Positions 49,334 to 59,626 are shown, numbered from the stretch's first letter. The stretch is 64,000 nucleotides of DNA from Chloroherpetonaceae bacterium (GCA_025055975.1 JANWWM010000084.1:309-64308), one strand, 5' to 3'. Notes: generated by a model not told the origin, from the sequence alone. A program made the numbers and translations.

Positions 49334-50271
49334 CGCTCTTCGATTTGACCTATCGCCCCGACGAAACGCTCTTTTTCAAGAAGAACGACCCTAACGACGT
49401 GCGATTCGGCGAAGTGGTCAAAACGGACATCCGCTTCTACCGCAGGGCGAAGTTCGTCATTTTAGGCTCGCCGCAAGACGAAGGCGTTAGGCGCAATGGC
49501 GGGCGCGTTGGCGCGCGCAAAGCCCCCGACGAAATCCGTCGCGCCTTCTACAAACTGCCCGTTCCCGACACCATTTCCGAGGGCGACGTGCTCGACATTG
49601 GCGACACGCTCGTTCAAGGCTCGTTGGAGCAAATTCACGAGCGTCAGCGACAAGTCGTCGAGCAACTCTTGCGCGACGAAAAAATCGTCATCGTTTTGGG
49701 CGGCGGCAACGACATCGCCTATCCCGACTGCAAGGCGCTGCAAGCGGTCTTTTCCAACGTGATGGCGTTTAATCTCGACGCGCATTTCGACGTTCGCGCC
49801 GACGAGCCGCGCAACAGCGGCACGCCGTATCGGCAACTTTTGGAAGAGAACGTTCTCTTGCCGCAGTTCTTCTTTGAAATCGGCTCGCAACCATTTGCCA
49901 ACTCCGTCGCCTATCAGCGATACCTGACGCAAAAAGGCGTTGCGGTCTATCCGCTTGAAGCGACGCGCCGCTATGGCATCGACAAACGCTTCGAGGAAAT
50001 CATCCGTCGCAACGCCGCGCCAAACGCGATTTTTTGGGGCATCGATATGGATTCGGTTCGCGCCAGCGACGCGCCCGGCGTGAGCGCGCCTTCGCCGATT
50101 GGCTTCACGGCGGAAGAGATTTGCCACATCGCCAGCATCGCGGGCAAACGCAAACGCAGCAAACTGCTCGAGATCACCGAAGTCAATCCCGACTACGACA
50201 TTGATGGTCGCACGGCGAAACTTGCCGCGCTCATCGTCGCTTACTTCATTCGTGAAAAAGCAACCTTCTGA
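49321..50271 (+). CDS. hutG: Formimidoylglutamase (arginase family)
   Basis: DEGVRRNGGRVGA, GGGND, NLDAHFDVR, SGTPY, APGVSAP. Confidence 0.93.
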   Translation: MDTLTLFDLTYRPDETLFFKKNDPNDVRFGEVVKTDIRFYRRAKFVILGSPQDEGVRRNGGRVGARKAPDEIRRAFYKLPVPDTISEGDVLDIGDTLVQGSLEQIHERQRQVVEQLLRDEKIVIVLGGGNDIAYPDCKALQAVFSNVMAFNLDAHFDVRADEPRNSGTPYRQLLEENVLLPQFFFEIGSQPFANSVAYQRYLTQKGVAVYPLEATRRYGIDKRFEEIIRRNAAPNAIFWGIDMDSVRASDAPGVSAPSPIGFTAEEICHIASIAGKRKRSKLLEITEVNPDYDIDGRTAKLAALIVAYFIREKATF

Positions 50272-50278
50272 AACGCCG

Positions 50279-51049
50279 ATGCGATCCGAAACGCCCGCCG
50301 TTCTGCGCTGCGAATCGTTGCGAAAAGTCTACAAGAAGCGCGCCGTCGTCAAAAACTCCACGCTCGACGTCAAGCAGGGCGAAATCGTCGGGCTTCTCGG
50401 ACCCAATGGCGCGGGCAAAACGACGACGTTCTACATGATCGTCGGCTTCATTCAGCCCGACGCGGGCAGAGTGTTCCTGAACGAGCGCGACATCACGCGA
50501 GAGCCGATGTATCGACGCGCTCGACTTGGCATCGGTTATTTGCCGCAAGAGCGTTCCGTTTTTCAACGCCTCACGGTCGAGGAAAACATCTTGGGGATTT
50601 TGGAGTTTTCAAACCTCTCGCGCAAGGAGCAAAAGGAGCGGACGGAAAAACTGCTCGAAGAATTCAACATCGCGCACATTCGCCACTCGATGGGCTACGC
50701 GCTTTCGGGCGGCGAGCGTCGACGTTGCGAAATCGCGCGCGCGCTCGCCCTCGAACCGAAGTTCATCTTGCTCGATGAACCCTTCGCGGGAGTCGACCCC
50801 ATCGCCGTCGAGGACATTCAACGCACGGTCGCCAAGCTCAAAGAGCGCAACATCGGCATCTTGATTACCGATCACAACGTCGACGAGACGCTTTCCATCA
50901 CGAACCGCGCCTACATTATGTTCGACGGCGAAATTCTCCGTCAAGGCGCGCCCGAAGACCTTGCCAACGACCCCATCGCGCGCAAACTCTACTTGGGCGA
51001 GCGATTCCGATTGCGCGAAAGCGACGACATCGAGAGCCGAAACCCATAA
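50279..51049 (+). CDS. lptB: LPS export ABC transporter ATPase LptB
   Basis: GPNGAGKTTTFY, LSGGERRR.EIAR, LDEPFAGVDP, ITDHNV. Confidence 0.96.
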   Translation: MRSETPAVLRCESLRKVYKKRAVVKNSTLDVKQGEIVGLLGPNGAGKTTTFYMIVGFIQPDAGRVFLNERDITREPMYRRARLGIGYLPQERSVFQRLTVEENILGILEFSNLSRKEQKERTEKLLEEFNIAHIRHSMGYALSGGERRRCEIARALALEPKFILLDEPFAGVDPIAVEDIQRTVAKLKERNIGILITDHNVDETLSITNRAYIMFDGEILRQGAPEDLANDPIARKLYLGERFRLRESDDIESRNP

Positions 51050-52606
51050 CTACATCAACGCCATCGCCACGAGCGCGCCCGTTATGCCGCAAACGAAATT
51101 CACGACGTCGTTATCGATCCATCGAACGCCTTTGACGAGCTTGTTGGGAATCGCCTCGCCATCTTCGCGGATGTGGTGGGTTTTTTCGGTGATCTTGTCG
51201 CGGAACTCGTCGTAATACTGCGCCTGCGCCGTGCCGCCCAAGTAGCTATCGACCAAACTGCCAATCAGCCCCGCGACGCTCACGACGACGAGAACTTTCA
51301 AAACCCCCGCCGACTCGACGAGGTTTCTATTGGCGATCCAGCCGCTCAGGGCGATGACCAACGCGCCCAAAAGTCCGCCCGACGTGCCAATTAAGGTAAC
51401 GCCGCCCGACGTGCCCGCGGGCACGGGCTTGAAATTCACGATGGAAACGGGTTGCGGATTGCGCAGCATCGTGCCGATTTCCGTCGCCCACGTGTCCGCT
51501 TGAACCGCCGCCATCGTGCCCAAGTAGCCGAAGTAAAACAGGTCCCGCCACGACTCGCTTGGCAGAAACGGATAGGCTATCATCAAAATCCACCCCACGC
51601 CGCCATTGGCGACGACTTGTCCCATATCGCGTTGCGAGCCTTTCTCGAAAATCAAATCAAACTTTTTCTTGCGCGCCTTGCCCACCTTCGAGAGAATCGA
51701 CGAGAGAAAAAAGAACGTGAGAATCGGAATCGTCCAAACCAAGCCGCCAACGCTGAAAATCGTCGAGGCTAAAAGGAACGCGCAGACCGCGCCGCTCGCG
51801 CTCAAAAACTTCAAGCCAAACGAGAGCCGAGCGAACATAAACGAAATGCCCACGCCGAGCGCGATGCTTTGCATCATCGGCGCGCCATAACGCTCGAAGA
51901 CGGCAAGAAAGAACGCCAGCGATAGCGGCACGGCGAGATTGTCCGCTCCGCCCGACATCAGCGATTCCGACGCCGTCGCCACCAACGCGAGCGCAAAAGC
52001 CAAACTCGCAAGCGCCGCGCCGCCAAGTTCCGAGAGCGCCAGGGATTCTGGCTTGAACCAAACGAAACAGCCATACAACGCCGCGAAACTCACCCCGAAC
52101 ATCGCCAGCGAGCCTTCGAGCGACTTGACCGTGCTAAACTTGTATTGATGCGGATTTCTGACGCTCTCGCCCACGAGCGCCGCCGCCGCGTCGCCCAAGC
52201 CCAACACGAGCATCGCGGTCTGCATAATCCAAACGCTCCAATCCCAACACAGCCAAACGAGCGCGAGAAAGGCGACGGGGAAATAGACCGTCCCGTAATT
52301 GAGCGAGGTCGCTTTCTCTTCGTCGGGCGCGGCATGGAGCGACGATAGCCAACCCAATCGCGTCGCCAACACGTTGAACGGAATGAACAGCGCGGGAATC
52401 AGCGCGGGGTAGAATTTTTCCTTGAAAAAATACGGCGCGAAAAAAACGAACACGCCCGTTGCGACGTGGACAAGTTTGCGCGTATGGCTTGGCGAAACCT
52501 TCGCAAATTTTTTGAGCGATTCGCTCAGGGCAAGAAGCAAAACGAGCAAGAACAGAGCGACGAGAAAGGCGAACACGTCGGTCTCCGACGACGGCGTAAA
52601 GTTCAT
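51050..52606 (-). CDS. Fusion of phytol/dolichol kinase-like domain and DUF92 domain
   Basis: N-half RKLVH, GLGDAAAALVG, KSLEGS, DNL; C-half RDMGQVVANG, ADTWATEIG, GTSGGVT, DSYLG, NDVVN. Confidence 0.88.
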   Translation of the reverse strand: MNFTPSSETDVFAFLVALFLLVLLLALSESLKKFAKVSPSHTRKLVHVATGVFVFFAPYFFKEKFYPALIPALFIPFNVLATRLGWLSSLHAAPDEEKATSLNYGTVYFPVAFLALVWLCWDWSVWIMQTAMLVLGLGDAAAALVGESVRNPHQYKFSTVKSLEGSLAMFGVSFAALYGCFVWFKPESLALSELGGAALASLAFALALVATASESLMSGGADNLAVPLSLAFFLAVFERYGAPMMQSIALGVGISFMFARLSFGLKFLSASGAVCAFLLASTIFSVGGLVWTIPILTFFFLSSILSKVGKARKKKFDLIFEKGSQRDMGQVVANGGVGWILMIAYPFLPSESWRDLFYFGYLGTMAAVQADTWATEIGTMLRNPQPVSIVNFKPVPAGTSGGVTLIGTSGGLLGALVIALSGWIANRNLVESAGVLKVLVVVSVAGLIGSLVDSYLGGTAQAQYYDEFRDKITEKTHHIREDGEAIPNKLVKGVRWIDNDVVNFVCGITGALVAMALM

Positions 52607-52658
52607 TTTGCGCGGATAGCCTGATGGTTTTTGGCGAAGTTAAGCAATCGGGGCAAAC

Positions 52659-53420
52659 TCATCGGCGCATCTTCTTCAAGAGCGTTTCGCTTAGGGCGCG
52701 ATTGGCGCTCACAAGACCTTTGCCGAAGAGCGACGCTGGCTTGCCGTCGATGTCGAAGCACGCGCCGCCCGCTTCCGACACGATGGGCAGAAGCGCGGCG
52801 ATGTCCCAAGGGTTCATTTTCGGGTCAATCATAATCTCGGCGTTGCCCGACGCGACGAGGCAATGCCCGTAGCAATCCCCCCACGTTCGAAACAAGCCCG
52901 TCTTGCCGCGCAACTCCGCAAGCGGCATGTCGGAATCGCCAAAGACGTAATCTTCGCTCGTGGCGCAGAGCAGAGCGTCTTCCAGTTTGGAGACGTTGGA
53001 AACCGAGAGGCGTTGAAAATCGCAAAACGCGCCGCCGCCTTGTTCGGCGTAGTAGATTTGGTTCAGCGCGGGGAAATTCACCACGCCCAAAAGAACCTCG
53101 CCGCCCGCTTCAAGCCCAATCATCACGCCGTAGAGCGGAACGCCGTGAATGAACGACTTGGTGCCATCAATGGGGTCAATCACCCAACGCCGCCCTGACT
53201 TGCCCGTCTTTTCGCCCGATTCTTCGCCCAAGAACCCGTCTTTCGGAAAGGCTTTGCCAAGCGCGGAGCGAATGAGTTTCTCGGCGTTTCTGTCGGCTTC
53301 GGTTACGGGCGAGCGGTCGCGCTTGCGCTCGACTTTCAGCGAGCGTTGCCGAAAGTAGCGCAACGTCAATTTGCCCGCTTCCATCGCCACATCGAGCGCG
53401 AGTTCAAGCTCTTTGGTCAT
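52659..53420 (-). CDS. hisN: Inositol monophosphatase family, histidinol-phosphatase HisN-like
   Basis: PVTEADR, GEE, WVIDPIDGTKSF, WDIAA...EAGG. Confidence 0.8.
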   Translation of the reverse strand: MTKELELALDVAMEAGKLTLRYFRQRSLKVERKRDRSPVTEADRNAEKLIRSALGKAFPKDGFLGEESGEKTGKSGRRWVIDPIDGTKSFIHGVPLYGVMIGLEAGGEVLLGVVNFPALNQIYYAEQGGGAFCDFQRLSVSNVSKLEDALLCATSEDYVFGDSDMPLAELRGKTGLFRTWGDCYGHCLVASGNAEIMIDPKMNPWDIAALLPIVSEAGGACFDIDGKPASLFGKGLVSANRALSETLLKKMRR

Positions 53421-53588
53421 TGCGACAAAATGGATTGAACGAGAGGCGCAAAACTAACAAAATCTTTCGTCGCCTTCCGCAGATTGCTTTTGTTTCAAGC
53501 GAAACGCTCGCCCTTCCGAGCGACGACAAATTGGCGCGCCAAATGAAGCGACGCGCCAAAATGGTTTGTCGTTCCGAGTTTGATTCCC

Positions 53589-53613
53589 GTCATTCCAGCG
53601 CAGCGAGGAATCC
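53589..53613 (+). repeat. REP-like repeat copy
   Basis: gtcattccagcgcagcgaggaatcc, near-identical to 47259-47285. Confidence 0.7.
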
Positions 53614-53735
53614 GCCGTCGCCAATTGCGAATCAAACGCTCTCGTTTGCTCCCAACGCCGACGCAAGCCGTCAATTTCCTCGTCTCGAAAAAGAGCCGCT
53701 TTGTCGCCATATTTGCCGCCAAAATTTCTCAAAAG

Positions 53736-54755
53736 ATGACTCCAACGATTTTGCTCACGCAAGGCGACATCAATGGCATCGGGACGGAAATCATTTTGAA
53801 GGCGTTTGCGAAACTTCGTCGCTTGAAGGCTCGGCTTTGCGCCGTTGGTTCGATGCGCGAGTTTGAGTTTCATCGCAAGCGTCTCGACTTGCCCGTCGCC
53901 CTCGCGGAAATCGCGGCTTTGGACGAACTCGATTCCGTTCCGCGCTCCGCGCTCGCCATTTTGAACGTAAAGCACGAGGCGAAAACGAAGTTCGGACAAG
54001 TTCGCGCCGACGCGGGCGACCTTGCGATGAAGTCCGTCGAGTTGGCGGCAAGGCTTTGCTTGCGAGACGAAGCGCATGCGATCGTAACCGCGCCCATTCA
54101 TAAAGAAGCCATCGCCAAAGCGGGCTGGGCATTCGAAGGGCACACGGATTTTTTGGCGCATCTTTCGAACCGGCGCGTTCAAATGCTTTTCGCCGATGAA
54201 CGCTCGCAACTGCGCGTCGCGCTGGCGACCGTTCACGTGCCTCTCGCCAAGGTCTCGGAACGGCTCTCGACGCAAGGCATTGAGGAGAAAATCCAAACGC
54301 TTCACGACGCGCTGCGGCGCGACTTCGGGATTAAAACGCCGCGCATCGCCGTCTTGGGCTTGAACCCGCACGCTTCCGATGGCGGCATCATCGGCAGAGA
54401 AGAAGAAGAGCTCTTGAAGCCGACGCTCAAACGCCTTGCGCGTCGGTTTCGTCTCAAAGGTCCGTTTGCGGCGGACGGATTTTTCGGCGCGAAACTCTAT
54501 CGCAACTTCGACGCGACGCTGGCGATGTATCACGACCAAGCGTTGATTCCGTTCAAAATGCTCGCCTTCGAGACGGGCGTGAATCTTACGCTTGGCTTGC
54601 CTTTCGTGAGAACGTCGCCCGACCACGGCGTCGCCTTCGACATCGCGGGCAAGGGAATCGCCAACGAGTCGAGCTTCATTGAGGCGACGAAACTCGCTCT
54701 GAAACTCGCCATCGCGCGACGCGCCGCTCAAACGCGCTCGCGGGTTCTCGCTTAA
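53736..54755 (+). CDS. pdxA: 4-hydroxythreonine-4-phosphate dehydrogenase
   Basis: GDINGIG.E, TAPIHK, GHTD, LNPHA, MYHDQ, RTSPDHG. Confidence 0.95.
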   Translation: MTPTILLTQGDINGIGTEIILKAFAKLRRLKARLCAVGSMREFEFHRKRLDLPVALAEIAALDELDSVPRSALAILNVKHEAKTKFGQVRADAGDLAMKSVELAARLCLRDEAHAIVTAPIHKEAIAKAGWAFEGHTDFLAHLSNRRVQMLFADERSQLRVALATVHVPLAKVSERLSTQGIEEKIQTLHDALRRDFGIKTPRIAVLGLNPHASDGGIIGREEEELLKPTLKRLARRFRLKGPFAADGFFGAKLYRNFDATLAMYHDQALIPFKMLAFETGVNLTLGLPFVRTSPDHGVAFDIAGKGIANESSFIEATKLALKLAIARRAAQTRSRVLA

Positions 54756-54770
54756 CCAAGCCTCAGGCAA

Positions 54771-55643
54771 ATGTCGGAACGAAACAAAGGCGCGGCGTTC
54801 ATTTTGCTTGCGGCGATCTTGTGGTCGACGGGCGGCGCGATCATCAAAGCCACGTCGCTCAACGCCTTTCAAACGTCGCTATGGCGGTCGCTCTTTGCGA
54901 CTCTCGCGCTGCTGCTCGTCGCTCGCCCAAAAACGATTTTGTTGGACTCTGCGACGCTCGTCGCGTCTCTTGCTTACGCGGCGACGCTCGTTTTTTTCGC
55001 GCTTGGCACGAAACTGACGACGGCGGCAAACGCGATTCTCCTGCAATACGCCGCTCCGATTTACATTCTGCCCCTCTCGCATTGGATTTTGGGCGAGCGC
55101 ATCACGCGCGTCGGCGCGATTACCGTCGCGCTGTGCCTTTTGGGAATGACGATTTTCTTTTTGGACAAACTTTCGCCCGAAGGCTACGCGGGCAACGTCG
55201 CCGCGCTTTTGTCGGGAATTTGCTTCGCGCTGATGACCGTCTATCTGCGCAAAAACAAAGAGGGCGATCCGCTCTCCTCGATCTTGCTTGGCAACGTGTG
55301 CGTCGTTTTGACTTGCGGCGCGATGTCGCTCTTGCAGTTCGCTTCTTTCGAAGCCTTCGCGCTTTCGCCTTCGGACGCTTTGCGGACGGGCTTTTTGGGC
55401 GTTTTTCAAATTGCGATTCCCTACGCCTTGTTCGTTCATGGCATCAAGCGCGTTCCCGCGCTCGAAGCGTCGCTTCTCTCGATGTTGGAGCCGATTTTGA
55501 ATCCGATGTGGGCGGCGTTGCTCGTTGGAGAAACGCCGTCCATCAACGCGATGATGGGCGGCGCGGTCATCGTGGGCGCGGTCGCGTTTTACAACGTCGC
55601 GTCGTCAAGGCAAGCGCGCTTGAAACAAAAAAGCCTCGATTGA
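54771..55643 (+). CDS. EamA/DMT family transporter
   Basis: About 10 TMs, LWSTGG, ANAILLQY.AP, LEPILNP. Confidence 0.9.
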   Translation: MSERNKGAAFILLAAILWSTGGAIIKATSLNAFQTSLWRSLFATLALLLVARPKTILLDSATLVASLAYAATLVFFALGTKLTTAANAILLQYAAPIYILPLSHWILGERITRVGAITVALCLLGMTIFFLDKLSPEGYAGNVAALLSGICFALMTVYLRKNKEGDPLSSILLGNVCVVLTCGAMSLLQFASFEAFALSPSDALRTGFLGVFQIAIPYALFVHGIKRVPALEASLLSMLEPILNPMWAALLVGETPSINAMMGGAVIVGAVAFYNVASSRQARLKQKSLD

Positions 55644-55675
55644 AGTCGAGGCTTGCGATTTCGGTCGTCGCCGCG

Positions 55676-56836
55676 TTAGCCGCGCTCTTCGAGCGGCACG
55701 TATTTGAGGTCGATGGGACCCGTGTATTCGGCGGTCGGACGAATGAGGCGATTGTTGGCGTATTGTTCCAAGATGTGCGCCGTCCAGCCCGCCGTTCTGC
55801 TGATGGCGAAAATCGGCGTGAAGAGATCGAGCGAAATCCCCATCAAGTGATAGGTCGAGGCTGAGTAGAAATCGACGTTGGGGTAGAGTTTCTTTTCTTG
55901 GAACACGAGTTCTTCGATGCGGCGCGACATTTCATACCACTTCATAATGCCCGTGCGTTCGCCCATTCGTTTGGACATCTGACGCAAGTGCGTGGCGCGC
56001 GGGTCTTCGGTTTTGTAGACGCGATGTCCGAATCCCATAATTTTGCGCTTTTCGGCGAAGGCTTTTTGAATGTAGCCATCGACGCGGCTGGGGTCGCCGA
56101 TTTCTTGGAGCATTCGCATCACTTGCTCGTTGGCGCCGCCGTGAAGCGGTCCTTTGAGCGCGCCGATCGCGCCCGTCACGGCGGAATACATATCCGACAG
56201 CGTTGCGGCGATGACGCGCGCCGTGAAGGTCGAGGCGTTAAGTTCGTGGTCGGCGTGCAGAATCAAGCAAACATCGAACATTCGCACGATTTCGTCGTCG
56301 GGCACTTTGCCCGTGAGCATATAGAGGAAGTTCGCCGCAAAAGGCAGGCTTGGGTCGGGCTGAATCAAGTCCTTCTCTTTGCGGATTCGGTCGTCAAACG
56401 CCACGATGGTCGCCACTTGCGAAAGCAGTTGCGTCGCTTGCTGGATGTGAACTTCGCGCGTCATCAATTCGGATTCTTGGTACAGCGCCAGTTCGGAAAC
56501 CGCCGTGCGCAAGGCTTCCATGGGCGGCGCGGAGGTGGGAATGCTGTAAAGATGCGCCACGACCTCGCGCGGCAAGCGACGATGTTGCGACAGCTCGCGC
56601 CGAAACTCTTTGAGTTCTTGCTTGTTGGGAAACTTGCCGAACCACAGGAGATAAACGGTTTCCTCAAACGTTGCGCCGCCCGCAACGATGTCGTTGATGT
56701 CGTAACCGCGATAGACCAGCCGCCCTTGCTTGCCGTCAATGAAACAAATCTCCGACGAGGCGGCGACGATGTCCTCGAGACCCGCTTTCGGCTTCGCCGC
56801 TGGGGCGTTGCCGTTTCCTGTTGTGATGACTGACAT
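55676..56836 (-). CDS. gltA: Citrate synthase (or 2-methylcitrate synthase)
   Basis: LHADHELNAST, GPLHGGAN, GFGHRVYK..DPR, PNVDFY. Confidence 0.9.
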   Translation of the reverse strand: MSVITTGNGNAPAAKPKAGLEDIVAASSEICFIDGKQGRLVYRGYDINDIVAGGATFEETVYLLWFGKFPNKQELKEFRRELSQHRRLPREVVAHLYSIPTSAPPMEALRTAVSELALYQESELMTREVHIQQATQLLSQVATIVAFDDRIRKEKDLIQPDPSLPFAANFLYMLTGKVPDDEIVRMFDVCLILHADHELNASTFTARVIAATLSDMYSAVTGAIGALKGPLHGGANEQVMRMLQEIGDPSRVDGYIQKAFAEKRKIMGFGHRVYKTEDPRATHLRQMSKRMGERTGIMKWYEMSRRIEELVFQEKKLYPNVDFYSASTYHLMGISLDLFTPIFAISRTAGWTAHILEQYANNRLIRPTAEYTGPIDLKYVPLEERG

Positions 56837-57048
56837 TTGGATACTCCTTGCGATTAAGTTGTTGGAATCGATGCTTTCGAGAAAGGTAGCGGGCGACAAG
56901 CGTTCATTTTTTGTCGCGTCGTAATGTTGGGCGAATATAAGAAATTCCGCGAAGTCCGATTCTCGCTCTCGTCAAGGCGGATCGTTTGTCGACGCGCTCG
57001 CGCGTCGGTTGCGCTCGGCGCGCGAGTCTCGTTGGCTTGCGACGCGCG

Positions 57049-58575
57049 TTAGTAGGTTGGCATTGAGGGGTCGATTTCCTTTGCCCAAGCGATGATGCCG
57101 CCTACGACGTTCTTCACGTTTTTGAATCCGTTTTGACGCAGAATCTCGCACGCTTGCGCCGATCGTCCGCCCATTTTGCAATGCACGAGAATCTCCGTTT
57201 CCTCCTTGCCTCTGAGTTCGCCAAGTCGATTGGGCAATTCGGGCAACGGAATCAAGACCGTTCCGTCCAAGCGCACGATCTCCCACTCGTTTGGATTGCG
57301 AACATCGAGAATGAAAGGCTTTTCGCCCGCGTCCAGGCGCGCTTTGAGTTCGCGCACGGTGATTTCGTTTGGATTGCTCGACGTCATTGGCGTCTCCTTT
57401 TGTTTCAGCTCGGCGTTTTGATGGTGGTCGTTGGCGGGCATGCCGCAGAAGGCTTCGTAATCGATGAGCGTCGTAACGCTTGGGTGGTCGGAGCAAACGA
57501 CGCAATCGGGATTTTTCTTCAATTTGAGTTCGCGGAATTTCATTTTGAGCGCGTCGAACAAGAGCAAGCGGTTGAGCATCGGCTCGCCAATGCCCGCGAT
57601 GAGTTTGATGGTCTCGATGGCTTGCATCGTGCCCACCACGCCCGGCAACACGCCCAACACGCCGCCCTCGGCGCAACTCGGCACGAGACCGGGCGGTGGC
57701 GGTTCGGGATACAGGCAACGATAGCATGCGCCTTCGGGCAATCGACCATTCGTGGCTTCGCGGCTATTCGCCCAAAAGACCGATACCTGCCCCTCAAAGC
57801 GAAAAATGCTTCCATACACGTTTGGCTTGCCGAGCAACACGCACGCATCGTTGACGAGATATCGCGTCGGGAAATTGTCCGTGCCGTCGACGATGACGTC
57901 GTAATCCTTCATAATCTCCAAGGCATTTTGCGACGTGAGCGGCGTTTCGTAAATGACGACTTCGACGAAGGGATTGATGGCGTTGATGGTCTGTTTGGCG
58001 GATTCGGTTTTGGGCTTGCCGACGGAATCGGAGCGATGCAGAATTTGGCGTTGGAGATTGGAATAATCGACGACGTCGAAATCGACGATGCCGAGCCTGC
58101 CTATGCCCGCCGCCGCCATATACATCGCAAACGGCGAGCCAAGTCCGCCCGCGCCAATCATCAAGACGCTGGCGCGTTTCATTTTCTTCTGCCCTTCCAA
58201 GCCAAATTCGGGCAAAATCAGATGGCGGCTGTATCGCTTGATTTCTTCGTTGGAGAGAACCGCCTCGCTCTCGACGCGCGTTTCGCCGATGGTCTTCGCG
58301 GTTCCGCCCGCGATGGACGGCACGATGATGAGTTCGTCGCCAACGCGCACTTCGGTCTCAAGCCCGTTCAAATCCTTGATGTTGGAATCGCCTTTGTAGA
58401 CATTGACGAAGGAGCGCAGTTTGCCGTCGTCGGCGTAAAGATTTTTTTTGAGCGCGGGATATCGCTCGGTGAGTTGGGCGAGCGCTTCGCCAACGTTTCG
58501 AGCGCGGACCTCGACGACTTCGTTGCCGCCCGCGTACTGACGCAGCGCCGTCGGAATGATGATGCGCGTAGTCAT
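57049..58575 (-). CDS. moeB: MoaD/ThiS-MoeB(E1)-rhodanese fusion protein
   Basis: N-terminal ubiquitin-like fold ending PSIAGG; RYSRH, GAGGLG, SNLQRQ, CYRC, PSCAEGGV, CVVC; C-terminal rhodanese HCKMGGRS. Confidence 0.9.
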   Translation of the reverse strand: MTTRIIIPTALRQYAGGNEVVEVRARNVGEALAQLTERYPALKKNLYADDGKLRSFVNVYKGDSNIKDLNGLETEVRVGDELIIVPSIAGGTAKTIGETRVESEAVLSNEEIKRYSRHLILPEFGLEGQKKMKRASVLMIGAGGLGSPFAMYMAAAGIGRLGIVDFDVVDYSNLQRQILHRSDSVGKPKTESAKQTINAINPFVEVVIYETPLTSQNALEIMKDYDVIVDGTDNFPTRYLVNDACVLLGKPNVYGSIFRFEGQVSVFWANSREATNGRLPEGACYRCLYPEPPPPGLVPSCAEGGVLGVLPGVVGTMQAIETIKLIAGIGEPMLNRLLLFDALKMKFRELKLKKNPDCVVCSDHPSVTTLIDYEAFCGMPANDHHQNAELKQKETPMTSSNPNEITVRELKARLDAGEKPFILDVRNPNEWEIVRLDGTVLIPLPELPNRLGELRGKEETEILVHCKMGGRSAQACEILRQNGFKNVKNVVGGIIAWAKEIDPSMPTY

Positions 58576-58763
58576 ATCAAGCCCTTGATGGTTTAGAATT
58601 TTGGAAAATCTCGACCTGCGTAACGCAGATTCAGGGTCGAGAAGTTTTCGGGCGCAAGCGCGTTTTCTCGACGCGCAACGTTCTCGAACAATCGAGTTAG
58701 ATTTCGCCCAAAAGCGCGTAAATTTAACTTCGACAATCGCTTCCAAAACCTTGCCTGATGATT

Positions 58764-59501
58764 ATGAGCGACGACGCGCAACGCCGAGTTCTCATTGTCG
58801 ACGACGAGATGCCGAACATCAATTTTTACAAAGTCGCGCTCTCGCGTTTGCCGCTCTCCATCGACACGGCGACGAGCGGCGGCGAAGCCTTCGAGCTCAT
58901 CAAACAAAATCAATACGATTTGGTCATACTCGACCTGCTGATGCCCGGAGTTACGGGCATCGGGTTGCTTCAAAAGGCGGAGCGCGAAGGCGTGGATTTG
59001 CCCATCGTGCTCGTTTGCAGCAGCGTTACGGACAAGAGCGTCATCTCGCAAGCGCTAATGCTTGGCGCGGGCGGCTACATCACGAAACCCGTTGGCTATC
59101 AGCAACTCGTTCACACCGTTTGCGATTATCTGAACTTGCCCGTGCCGCAACATGTCAACCCAGTTGCCGCGCCGATGAAGCCCTTTCCGCAAAGCGCGCC
59201 TCGCGCCGAATTTGACCGCGCAAGCCACGATGAGCCCGCAACGCCCTCGCGCGCTTCGTCCGCCAAAAGTTCCGCGATGCAGACGGGCAGATATGAATCG
59301 CTCTCGCGCGCGATGTCGGCGATGGTTTTTCACAAACAAACGGGCACTATCGATGTGCACACGCCCAACGGGATCGGCAAACTTGAATACGAAAAAGGTC
59401 GGCTGCAAAGCGTCAGTTACTTGGGCAAAACGAGCATCGACGCGCTCGAAGTGTTGCGCGGAGCGCCGCATCGCCTCGTTCACGTCGATGTCAAAACGTA
59501 G
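58764..59501 (+). CDS. Response regulator with C-terminal DUF4388/PATAN-like domain
   Basis: VLIVDDE, LDLLMP, TKP; C-terminal KQTGTIDV...GKLEYEKGRL...ALE. Confidence 0.8.
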   Translation: MSDDAQRRVLIVDDEMPNINFYKVALSRLPLSIDTATSGGEAFELIKQNQYDLVILDLLMPGVTGIGLLQKAEREGVDLPIVLVCSSVTDKSVISQALMLGAGGYITKPVGYQQLVHTVCDYLNLPVPQHVNPVAAPMKPFPQSAPRAEFDRASHDEPATPSRASSAKSSAMQTGRYESLSRAMSAMVFHKQTGTIDVHTPNGIGKLEYEKGRLQSVSYLGKTSIDALEVLRGAPHRLVHVDVKT

Positions 59502-59508
59502 CTTCGCC

Positions 59509-59626
59509 TCGTTCTGACGGAGCGAGGCGCGGCAAGAATCCATTTCCGCAGACGCAAGCCGCGAGAAGCCACTTCAATCCGCGATTCGCAATCCTTTCGC
59601 GGATTCCTCGCTGGCGCTCGGAACGA
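59509..59626. repeat. REP-like element pair
   Basis: tcgttctgacggagcgag...aagaatcc and ggattcctcgctggcgctcggaacga (reverse complement matches 47260-47285 at 25 of 26 positions). Confidence 0.7.
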
